Source of the DNA: Catajapyx aquilonaris
Taxonomy: Eukaryota
Direction of reading: 5' to 3'
Assembly (NCBI GenBank): GCA_000934665.2
Contig: JYFJ02003671.1
Coordinates: 1-38,977, forward strand
Length of the DNA stretch: 38,977 bases
Shown here: positions 23,186 through 34,280 of the stretch, piece by piece
Layout of the letters: the number at the start of each line of letters is the position of its first letter
How positions within the stretch are numbered: the stretch's first letter is position 1
Position numbers and translations under genes: made by a program
Notes under the pieces: model-generated
Seen by the model: only the letters and a program-made list of their open reading frames with translations
What the model was told of the DNA's origin: nothing
The model's database searches: none

Positions 23186-23571
23186 TACTAGTGTGGAAGC
23201 AGCCATCTTTCCCCAAATGTGCGTGCGACATCCCAGTGCAACTTCGTTTTTTTCACATAGGTTTCCCCCTCCGACCCCTGTGACTTTCGATAGGCAAGGA
23301 GAGGCTTATCAGTAGTTAGGTAGGGTGCCGCATCGCTTGAGTTTGCCGCGGTTTTGTCCCGTTTTTTTAGTGCTCTACCTACTAGAGCAATCCATCTTAT
23401 AAGCTAGTGGGGGAGTGGGGACATCCACATTCTCATGATCCGTTCTCAATGAATAGTAATAATTTTCGTCACAGTCAGGGGTGTCGCTCCATGCACTCAC
23501 GGTAAGAAGAGGCCGGTGAGACTCTGGAGATCCATGCAATAAGGGGGCTAGTTTCCAGACCTGTATATATA

Positions 23572-24126
23572 CAGGGTGGACCAACTTCAAGTGTCGTTTT
23601 ATAACGGCGATTAATAGCAGTGATTTTGCGATGACGTAGCAGCGACGTGTAAAATGCCCCACTTCGGCGCCATCGAAAATATTAGCTGCCAATAGCAGCA
23701 CACATGTAATCAACCCTGCTGCTGGGTTGACCTGGAAAAAAGGAGGTGCACATATGACCTGTGATGCGCCTGGGTGAAATGGGTGACGCCCAAGGCACCA
23801 GATGGACCTGTAATGCAAGGGGGAAGCCTGCAGTCTTGCTGATCGGATGCTGGTTTGGGCATTGCTTGGTTGGTGGTTAGGGGGCACCGCACGTGCCCTG
23901 TTTTACACCGCGTGTTGCGCGGGCGAGGCAGCCTTCTTTAAGGACTGCCGGATTGGCATTGGTGCCGCATGTGGTTGCACAGGGTTCATTACATGTGGGC
24001 TGCTATTGGCAGCTAATATTTTCGATGGCGCCAAAGTGGGCCATTTTACATGTTGCTGCTATGTCAATTGTAAAGCGCTTCTATTAATAGCGGTTATAAA
24101 ACGACACTTGAAGTTGGTCCACCCTG
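23572..24126. mobile_element. mariner-type MITE (family B, long copy)
   Basis: Same TIRs as 14428-14821, opposite orientation, TA TSD. Confidence 0.9.
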
Positions 24127-25003
24127 TATATACAACAACTCCTCGGCCGTGGCGTGCGATTATAATGTCCGTAACGCTGGAATTGCTCTACAGTTTCTCT
24201 CTACCTCTTATGGAAATAACAGCACAAAGAAGAAAATGCTTATTGTGCACAAGAAAACGTCAGTGTGGTTCCTTCCTCTACGTAATTTATTATGCCATAA
24301 GGCCTCAAGAGAGAAGAGTGGTCATGTTAACTGGTGAAACCAGCTACAAAGTCAGGGCAGCGTAGCTAGTAATCTGTCCAAATAATTACAGTGGTATCAC
24401 CTCCATCAATAACTGAACAATTTAGCTTATTACCTTCATGCAACTGGGTCAACTTCAGCATCACCAATGTCTCCTCAAGAATCACACTCTCTGACACAGT
24501 AGTACACCCCTGCACTTCTACCAAACACACTCTCTGAGCTCACAGAGACATGTCTGACATGTGACAACTCTGGTCCAGCGAAGTCTGCCCATACTTCCTC
24601 CTATGTACCATCCAACTATTTCCTTCCTTGACAATTGGTACAATTCTTGATGTTGTCTAAACACAACTGCACTTGTTCCCTTGTCTTTGACCCAGTTGCA
24701 CTTCTCAACTTGAAGCAGCCAGCACCCTTACACACAGAGCTGATAAACACCATATTTTAATGTTGCCAATTGTCCTATGACACCAACTAATCTCATCTCT
24801 CTGCAGATGTTACGTTTCATACAATGCACCAACCCAACCATTGTTGCAAGCCTAGTCCTACACCAACCATATCCAAGCTGCAATGCTTTCTTCGCAAATG
24901 GTCAGCAGCGAGCCCTGATCCTGCCGCATTCGGTCCTGCATCTCCTTCAATCCGTCCCTCTACCCCATAACAATAAAGTCGGCCTGAATAATAAGGGACA
25001 TAC

Positions 25004-25032
25004 CAGTAGCAAACGCTGGGCAGACATTCCAT
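25004..25032 (-). CDS. Gene 1 putative first coding exon (MECLPSVCYW)
   Basis: ATG at 25032. Donor TG|gtatgt is phase 2 and joins in frame to the acceptor at 17085. Lies in a CpG-rich segment downstream of a promoter-like region. Confidence 0.55.
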
Positions 25033-25249
25033 TGATGCCCTGCACTGTTGCCAGTATAGGAGGTGGAGCGGGGGGAGACTCGGCTCGCCTTCGACTACGA
25101 CCTTATCGGACACTGTGCTACCGCAATCGATGTAGACAGTGGTGTATACAGTTGTTGTTACCCGTAGAGGAAGCAGAGATGCCGGAGAGAAATGCTAGGA
25201 TCACTTTTGATCGGCTGGAATCATAGAGATCATCCTCGGACATACTATG

Positions 25250-25460
25250 TTTACTATCATGTGGCGACCAGGGAATTCATTGATATTGGGAAAGGGGCGT
25301 GGCCTAATTCATCAGGCTAATATCATCACGATACGATACGATATTCAAATGCTTAAAATCGATTTATCAACCCCTTGAATCGATGGTTTGGTTGTTTCAA
25401 TATCTTTCAACCTTCGACCATGGTCGAAGGTTTCAACCGGGCCGGGGCGGCGGAAATTAT
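25250..25460 (-). promoter_or_regulatory. putative promoter of gene 1
   Basis: GGGGCGTGGC and GGGGCGG GC-boxes, several CGATA/ATCGAT DRE-like cores, and local CpG enrichment. Confidence 0.4.
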
Positions 25461-25499
25461 GATTCGGCAGATATTTATGCGGGTAATTTGATGCCAATT

Positions 25500-28095
25500 T
25501 ACGTATAGCCTATGTGAAAAACATTACAGTAAAAAAATCAGTACGATACCTAAAAGAGACGGCTTTGCATGAATGTTTTATGGCTAAATATTCCCTCCAA
25601 TCAATAGAAACTCAATATCGCCTACTCAATACTGAAGTTCCTAATTTCAGAAAATACACTACCACAAGGAGTGGCTCATGAAACTGTTTTCAGAAGGCAC
25701 ACTTTATGACGAGTATATTAATTATTTTGGACTTGCTTGAATAAGTCCTATATATGATACTGCTGATTAAATCATTTTGTGAAGTACTTACGTGAGCCAG
25801 CCTGGTTGTTTCTCAGTCCAGCATAATCACGTTTGCTTCAAGTTGGAAATGTAAATAGGGCCGAGTTTATAGACTTGGTTTCAAACGCTCTTTGGCAGAT
25901 TAACTTGTTGAAATATACGAATCTTACGACTTTTCGCTGCCGCGCAACTGGCTGCCGGTCAATTCGCTGAGGTCAAACGCTTGCTTGGTTTTGGAACGCA
26001 ATTTGCCAAGGGAAGAGCCGAGATTCCCACTTTCCATCCCCAAAGAAATAAGTAGCCAAAGCTAGTCGTATATAATTATACCGCGAGTTATAGTACGCTG
26101 AAAACGGATAAACGCAGACGTTCATAACCAGAATATGGAGGTGAAAATAATGAATATCAATAAACTGGTAGCAAACAAGTGTTGGCTATTTTTATTTGCT
26201 TCTTATTTTGATACAGCCTGTTGAAGAGATCTTTCAAGCATTTTACAACAAATGAAGACGTCAGCAGTTGCCAGAGCACCCAAGTCACCAGTTTTCGAAA
26301 AACCGTTTTATTGCGTGTTCCTATGCGTGGAGTTGGGCCTTGCAATCCTGGTGAAGAAGGGCCCAAGCCAAACAGAATTGCCGTAAAATGGAATGTGACG
26401 CTTTGTAGTCAATTATTGTAAATGACTGTATGTAGCTTAGATACTAATAATAATTAACATTGGATGGAAATAAAAAGGTTCACACCTTTCTTTATAGTAT
26501 TACTTTATGAATATATACGATGTTTTCATACGGACAAGCATGAATGTACCACTGACATTTGCAACAGGAACCAGTTCATTAGCCAAAGGGTCCAACTCCA
26601 TTGATTTTGACCTTCAATAGACACTGACATATTGCTTTCTAGTAGATGATCTCTGTAGTAGATGATCGCACTGGCTGGTCAGCCCTTATCACCCCTTTAT
26701 CAGTAGATGATCTCTATCCCGAAGATGACTGCTGTGTATAATGGTGCCCTATTTCGCGTCATAAACAGCGAAACTCTAAATGGAACAATATTATATTATT
26801 ACACATATGCGCGTACCGGTACTGTAAGTTATATGCAGTTTATTGCCTCTTCTGAAAACGTTTGCCTCGTGGAGGTTGGGCCCTCTGGCAAATGACGTCT
26901 TCAAAATATGAATTTGGTGTAATATTGCTCAAAAGATAAGTCAGGATCATTATTTTTGCGAACTGAATGTTTCAAATCATGTACTTAAATGATTTAAGTA
27001 CATGCCATACATTTTGCAAACGATTAGCCAATTCCTCCAGTTCCTCGCTTGACGTCACGTCGCGTCGCCAGCTCTTCACAAGCTACATCGGCCACCCAAT
27101 TTAAAATAACGGTTTCCACTTGAATCCAAAATTGTAGCAATCACCTGTTTTTTTCCAATTCGCTCTTATAGGTCTGAAGTCCATGCAATGCTCTCTCAAC
27201 TTGAAGTAGCAGTACCCGTCTCTGGTTGAATCACTTACATATTTATGGGTCATGCGCCGTAGTACGTATTTAGAAGATCAGAAATAAATTGATGTGCAGT
27301 CATGTTTAAAAGGTCAACCATGGACGTCAAACACATAGGTGATACAGTCCTGTCAATATGAATTGCCTTTTCAATTCCTATTTTGGCCTTTGATTCGTAT
27401 TGTTCTTGTTGCTCGTGTTAATAAAAGACATTCTTTTCAGTAAAAAAGGTAGTAAGATCTCCGTGGCGAAATGAAAGTACTGAAATAAGGCAGGTGCACG
27501 TAAAACCTTCACCAATTGATTTAAGCAGTATATGCCTACCATAGGTCTTACTCAAGCAATTCCCAAATTAATGCTCGTAAAGTGCTTTCTGAAAGCAGTT
27601 TCATGAGCCACATCATGTAAGTCTATTTTCTGAAAATATAGGATCTTCAATAGACTATCGAGTATAAGTTATATTGAGTTTCTATTGATTGTGGTGAGAA
27701 TCTTTTGCCATAAAACATTCATGATATAAGTTGTGGTCTCTTTTTGGGCTGACTTTTACTGTAATGTTTAAATCCACATATATCAGTCCGTAAATGTGAA
27801 TTTGCGAGGGTTTTTTTCTATGGGATTCTGCATTTTCAGCAGCGAAAATTTAAAAGTCTGGGAGGATGGGTTGAGATGTTTTTTTTTTTAAATTTAAGAA
27901 ATCCTGCGTACTGACATAAGTAGTTTGCAGTAGTATTTTTTATGAACCATTTCGAGCAATACTTTATAGAATTGATTGCTTGAGTAAGACCTATGGTACA
28001 TCTTAAATCAATATATTGATGAAGGTCTTGTGTGCGCCTGCCTTGTTTCAGTACCAGTACTTTCATTCCGCCACGAAGGTCTTACTGCCTTTTTT
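25500..28095. mobile_element. old foldback-type repeat arms
   Basis: 25520-25790 is inverted relative to 27520-27770. 27440-27560 is inverted relative to 27970-28095. Confidence 0.55.
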
Positions 28096-28344
28096 CCTGC
28101 CCATGCATCAATGCAGTACACATAATTTGTTAACAATAACTTTGACTGTTTTATGGCTAATGTCAATAAAATCAGGCGCAATGTGAAAGTTCTGATGCTC
28201 GGTATTGACCGTAAAGCAAAATAATGACCTCATGTACCAAATGCATTTGAAAACCGCATCAAAAGAGCAAACACGATAATATATTATAAACTTGGCCAAC
28301 GTGCTTATGATTGTATTGCTCCGTAGCTGTTTGTTTTTTAAATT

Positions 28345-31300
28345 CTACAGAGCAATGGAATCTGTCTTCTTATCTTGTCGCAACTTCTCAATATCTTCAA
28401 TTGTATCGGACAGTTTGACTCCTTTAGTTTCTGGAAGCAAAAGGCTGGTCACTCCGGCAGTTAAGGCAGCCCCAGCCAGAATTCCACCAGGAATTAACCG
28501 GTTGTTGGCACCCTAAAGGAAAAGCACATGTCATTACATCTTTTGTGATAATATTATATTAAGTAATATTTTATCTAATAAATGACTGCAATACCATTAA
28601 ATCCACCATAAATGGAGCCAAAATAGCACCGATTCTAGCATTTAGGGAGCCCACACTGACTGCAAGTCCTCGAACTTCAGTTGGAAATAGCTCAGCGGTA
28701 TAGAGGTAAACTAAGGTAAAGTTAATGGCACAACCGCATGAAGCCAGTAACAGAACTGTCCACGCAGCATACGGGTAATCTGAAAAGCATTAAAATCACA
28801 CAAACTTATTATTGCTTATCTGCTACAAATGCATGATAGTGCGACAGTCGGATGCTTGCTAAAGTTTAGACCCACAGTGCAGTGTAACTATGCAGTAGGC
28901 CTAGTGTGTGTTCTGTTACAGAAACGTCCTGTAGTTCAAGGTCTGAGCATTTGTTTTCTAGGAAATTGCGAAACCCTACAATGATATAGCTCTTGATGAT
29001 AGTAGCTGTTATCATCACAGTATTATATGGCATTTCCTGGAAAAAATTATATTATGGGGAGTACTTGCAGCACTGTAGTAATCAGGTGGCCGTCACGTGA
29101 CGTCAGTGCAGTGAGTACGCACATTATCTTATCAGATGCCCCAATTATACAGTATATACTTTGCACATAATTATCGTGTAACTAGCTACAAGTGCAACTA
29201 AGCTCAGTAACGCACAACTCCAATGCGTTCCACACTAATCAGATTTATTTTTTAAATGAGAGATTCAATAAATACTTTTAAAAAACAGTCGCGCAAAGTC
29301 CAAAGAGGACTTCAAAATATTTTCTTTCCAGCCTTGAGAGTGTGAAAAACGTAATGAAAACGTGAAAGTTTTAATAACATTTTATTATCAAACAAATAGG
29401 ATTTCCCAATAATGTTAGGAAATCCTATTTAAGAGCCAAAGCAACTATGGTTTTCCAGCAATAAGCAGATACAAATGTGGGACATGTGGAGATAGAAACG
29501 AAGAGAAAAGGAAGAGTGGAAAGGCTGATATTGTATCTCTCTCTGTCTCTCTCCTATCCCCCCAAAAAAGAAAAAAAGGCCTTTGAAATTGGAATTGGCA
29601 CCGGTAGCCTATAATATAATAAGCCTGTCTCCCAATGGGGTAAGTAAAATAAAATAAAAAAAAGCCTTTAGAGACTCACAGACGTGAAATCAAGTGTTAT
29701 ACGCACCGGTCGGGATGAATAGGAAGGTGAACAGAAATATCGCCATGATGACGTAACCGGCAGTGTACATGATGCGCCTTCCAAATCGAATGAGAGGCCA
29801 GGTTGCAGTAATTCTGACAATGAGATTTTTGCATCCATGAACCAGCATGATGAGGTGGGTGCTGAGTGGTAGTCTGACGCTCAGGTATGTGATTCCAAAT
29901 GCTACCAGGGAAACTACGAACCAAGTCCAGAACATCTTTAAACTTCTGGCTCGCATCTCTGGGGTCAGCCATAGGACCAGGATTTTTTTCGATCTTCCAA
30001 GAAGACTAGATGATGGCTTTGGTTTAGAACCCACTTCCTGCCAAATGAGTCAGTTAGAGTGAGAGTAGGAAAATCAAACCTCAACATACCGACTCCCAAA
30101 AATTGGTCATCAGACTTGTGAGCTCCTGACAATTTGGCATTTCCTTTCCGTTCCACTTGGCAGCATTTCTTAAAACCACTTCTGCTTCATTGAACCGCCC
30201 TTTCAACAACAACCATCTTGGAGATTCAGGTAAAATCCTAATAAGAAAAATATTATAGTTATATTCTGCAAATCTCGGATGCGCGGGAAAAAGTGCATAA
30301 GCATAAGTCAAAAAATATATAATTCTTTTCCTTACGCTCTTTTCCCCCCGAATCCTAGTCTTATCAATGAGGTGGATTATTATTTTATAGAGGTGAATGC
30401 TCGGATTCGGGGGAAAGAGCGCATAAGTAAAATATATATTTTTGACATACAGGCCTATGCTCTTTTTCCTGCGCATCCGAGAATTATGAGACTGGAATCT
30501 ATACCATATGTATGCAAGTAATATGCAGCTTGATCCTGCGGCAGAGAAGTACAGATTTCTCCAGTCCGGCAGCAAATATGAAATTCCTGCAAAACTGATG
30601 ACACTGATTGGTGGACCTAAATCAAAAGCAATAGTTGAGATCGTCCTCTTGCCCACACTCATTACTTCCAGCACTGAAACGCATCAATGGGTTCGTTATA
30701 TGGGAAGATAATTAATCGTCTACCTTATTCCAACGGATATGTCAGTCAAAATATGAGATAGTAATGTAAGCCAATGCCCTTACCCAATGTGAAAAGATAA
30801 TTTTAGACTCACTGAGTACGTAGCAGGAACTGTAGACTCCGGCCACGGAAAATCCAGCCAGAAATCGGACAACCAAGAAAAAAATATAATTAGGAGAAAT
30901 AGCCGATGCGAACATGCTGGGGATGAGTATCAGCACCCCTATAATAACTGCCGTTTTACGCCCCAACCTAGAAGAAAAGTACAAGGTTAGGTGTTCATCA
31001 AGAATTTAGAAGGAAAATAACATGGAAATGGGAGTCAAATATAAAGACGATATCATTGATAATAATATTTGTGGGCATTTTAACGTGAACAAAAGGAGTG
31101 TTTCTGTCACGAGGAAAGATTCAGGCATAATTATGCTTCATAATGATTTATTTTTACCTGTCCATAGCTGGTCCGAAAAAGAATGCTGAACAGAGGACAC
31201 CAAATTTATACACCCCTTGAATAGTGGGCCGAAGAGCAGTGCGTTCGCAAACCAAGTTCCACTGAAACATAAAGTAGTGTATGAAATGCGGTATTTAATT

Positions 31301-32852
31301 ATTTGAGGTTTTGTCAGACAGAGGGAGGCGGACGTGGACACACTACTCAGGTATATACTTGTGTACAATAGGCTACGTTCAGCACCAAGAAGCCAATATT
31401 ATTATCGAACAGCGAGAGAAATAATCCACGTTCTCTAAAAACTTGCCACACATATTATTTTTGAATTCTGCGACATTTTTTGAACAATAATATTCACATT
31501 TCTCATAATATTATACACGTATATTCTCAAGTAGCCTACTTGAGGCATTACGAACTGATGTTGTTTTGGACAATCGGTTACCGAAAAGTGTCATGCAGAC
31601 TGTGCCAACGTCAAGGAAAAAATTATTGAAATGGGCATGTTCAATTTGTGACATAAAATCCTAATTTTTGTATTTGTCATTTGTTACTATAGTGAGGACA
31701 ATATTGAGGCATTGTATAGCATAATTATACCATCACACCACAATAATTATATTGACAAACTCATTGATGTGCTGAAAAGATGCTCAGCTGCGGCTATGCC
31801 ACAAACTACTAATACTTATGAATTTGTTTGTTTGATTTTGTATAGTTATTACTTTAAAAATATTACGCAACTTTTGGCCACCATGCTTTCATCGGCGCTA
31901 AACAATTAGTAAGTAATGCAAGCTTCCTGGTGACCTATTTCATTATGTAATAAACACAACGATGATGACCAAAAATTTTCAGCAGGTAAAAAAGATAAAA
32001 TGTTACCTTAATCATCAATTTTTCAAAACCTTTGACCGCTACTGTAATTAGCCTACCTCTGACACTGTTGTGCTTGTAAAATACGTCGAATCGTAATGCC
32101 AAGAATGACAGGCCATACGTTCCGTTCCTCCTTCTTGATATGCCATTTTAGCAGCTTCTTCGTATGGTAGTTTAATTAACTCCGAATAGTTGCGTTGAAA
32201 AACTGAACACCTGCTAAATCTATTCTTTCCCTCTCTGTACTCCCTGAATTAAAAAATAAAAACATTATAGACACAAATAATATTGTAACCTAGGGGTGGA
32301 TTCATCAAATGACGTTAAGTCAAATTTTCGTCGTAACCGGTCGTAACCATAGTTAGTTAATTATTAGCAACTATGGTTATTACCGGTTACGACGAATTTG
32401 ACTTATACGACATTTGATGAATCTACCCCCTGAACTTTATAGTGTACAAGGTGTTTTGTAATGATTCGAACTCATCTGGCATGTCCTCATAAAGTGGGAA
32501 AGGTAGATGGGTTTAAAGAAAATTGATGGTGGCTTTGGAGCGGTAGTGAATTGTGTTTCAACTTATTCGCATTCCAACTATCCCAGATCCCTCCTAACTA
32601 TTTTTATTTAAATAGGATACATGCAGAGACCAACCTGGGAATACTAATTTCTTTGATCTCATCTTGAGTCCAGTTGACGTAGTCCAATTCTTTCACCCTG
32701 CACCAGTGATCTGGCTCAGCAGAATGGTACACGTAGCAACCGTGATTAAAATTCAAAAAGAATCCGGAGAAAAAGGTAGCAGCTATGATACCGACTTGCC
32801 ACCTTCCGAAACCACCCGCCAATGACAGCAGATTCTCAAATGTCGTCGTCAT
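28345..32852 (-). CDS. SLC22-family (MFS) organic ion transporter, 9 coding exons, 554 aa
   Basis: Exons 32852-32635, 32243-32057, 31261-31158, 30967-30813, 30673-30505, 30237-30090, 30037-29707, 28779-28595 and 28512-28345. All introns are GT-AG and phase-consistent, total 1665 nt. Motifs [50 protein letters not shown] and LLPETKG. The 104/155/169-nt exons are typical of SLC22. Confidence 0.95.
30272..30482. mobile_element. small MITE in SLC22 intron 5
   Basis: TCTCGGATGCGCGGGAAAAAG...CTTTTTCCTGCGCATCCGAGA inverted termini with internal subrepeats. Confidence 0.7.
32292..32431. mobile_element. PIF/Harbinger-like hairpin MITE
   Basis: GGGGTGGATTCATCAAATG...CATTTGATGAATCTACCCC, almost fully palindromic. 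Confidence 0.75.
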
Positions 32853-33627
32853 ATTGCGATGCGTATCGCGAGTCTTCCTTTATCTAAGTGGAGAAAAAGT
32901 ACCGCTAATGATTGTTATAATGAAGTCCTTATTTTGTGGCAAGTCTATTTTGGAATATGATGCGTACAAATAAGCAAAGACAGCCTAGACATGATTTTAG
33001 TATGGCTGCATTATCTTTGGCTTATTAATACCTAAAGGTATTAATAGTGTATACATAGTATATAGTATATTCCAGATGATTTATTGCCAACCTCAGCATG
33101 AAACAAACAAATGGGAAACCATGAAATTAATTCCAATAATATGAAATAAACTGGAAATAATATTTTGAGAGGGTCTCTCTGTATTCGCGTGGTTTTCTCG
33201 GTGTTCTCCTTTTTCTGACACTGTCCAAAAATCCCTCCACCCCTTAGGCCCCGTGATGGTATCGTACATTGCTAAATTTATTCCTAGTCGGTTGGTCATG
33301 ATTGGTTATGAAAGAAAATCATATTATTACAACTTATGACAAGTCATTATTTTACAATAATATTACAGTGTAACAGACATTCATACAATTTGCTATTTCA
33401 TTGCTGTCCGGTTACTGTGTGTCATGTCATTGAAATTTTTTCAAAGATATAATTTATTCATATAAGCGTAATTTCCCAATGAACTACCCTTTTATCTTAT
33501 CTATACTGTAGAAAATAAATTAATACAAAAGAATACGAATAGCTTTAAGTCACACTAGGTAGTTCTTGCTGCTCTTGGCTACGTTGTTTTCGGAACTTCA
33601 GTGGTAGGCTAATTTTATGCTGACTTA

Positions 33628-33883
33628 TGGCCGGTTTCACCAAGCCCGGTTTTCATAAAATCTCCGGTTCTTTCGGAAAATCCATGCAAATAGAATAGGG
33701 ATTTTCCGAAAGAACCGGGGTTTTTATGAAAACCAGGTTTGGTGAAACCGGCCATTAAGGGCCGGTTTCACCGAGCTCAGTATATGATAAAACCAGGGCA
33801 TTTCTCAAAATCCCTATCTATTTGTATGGATTTTCCTAAAGAAACCTGGTTTTATCATATACCAAGCTCGGTGAAACCGGCCC
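33628..33883. mobile_element. two adjacent PIF/Harbinger MITEs
   Basis: 33628-33754 (TSD TTA) and 33759-33883 (TSD TAA), both with GGCCGGTTTCACC TIRs. Confidence 0.85.
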
Positions 33884-34136
33884 TAACAGGATGTTTTACA
33901 CGTATGACCACAATTTGGATAGATCCATTACATATCCCAGTGTGCAAAATACACCGGAAGTTTGTCAATGCACATACCCATAGAGATACAGTACTTGCTC
34001 TCTGAAAAATATGCGCGTATCGTTAAAATATAATTCAATGTTTCAAACTGCTAATATTCTAATCATCTGCCATAAAATAGGAGAAAGTAATTATTATAAT
34101 TTATTGTAGTCTAATGTCAAATTAAACATGACTAAC

Positions 34137-34280
34137 CTTTGCCTGGGATGGAATATGAACAGTCTGCAGTTCTTCGGCAAAGCCCAAGTCTTTGAGTGGG
34201 AGACGTCACGGATAGCACTTGACTGCTATTGGCATGAGTCGTCTGAATATTTTGTCGTCTTCTCTTGGCAGCACTGAAAG
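34137..34280 (-). other. putative 5' non-coding exon of the SLC22 gene
   Basis: Donor AAG|gttagt at 34137. An acceptor ttctccacttag| at 32883 lies 31 nt before the ATG, with an in-frame TAA upstream of the ATG. Inr-like TCAGT near 34275. Confidence 0.4.

Noticed and set aside
23375..24365. 170-aa and 172-aa ORFs
   Set aside because: They run through MITE TIRs, the same peptide appears at 14638-14856, and there are no protein motifs.
24777..25226. 149-aa plus-strand ORF
   Set aside because: It has no recognisable motif and is antisense to the GC-rich first exon of gene 1.
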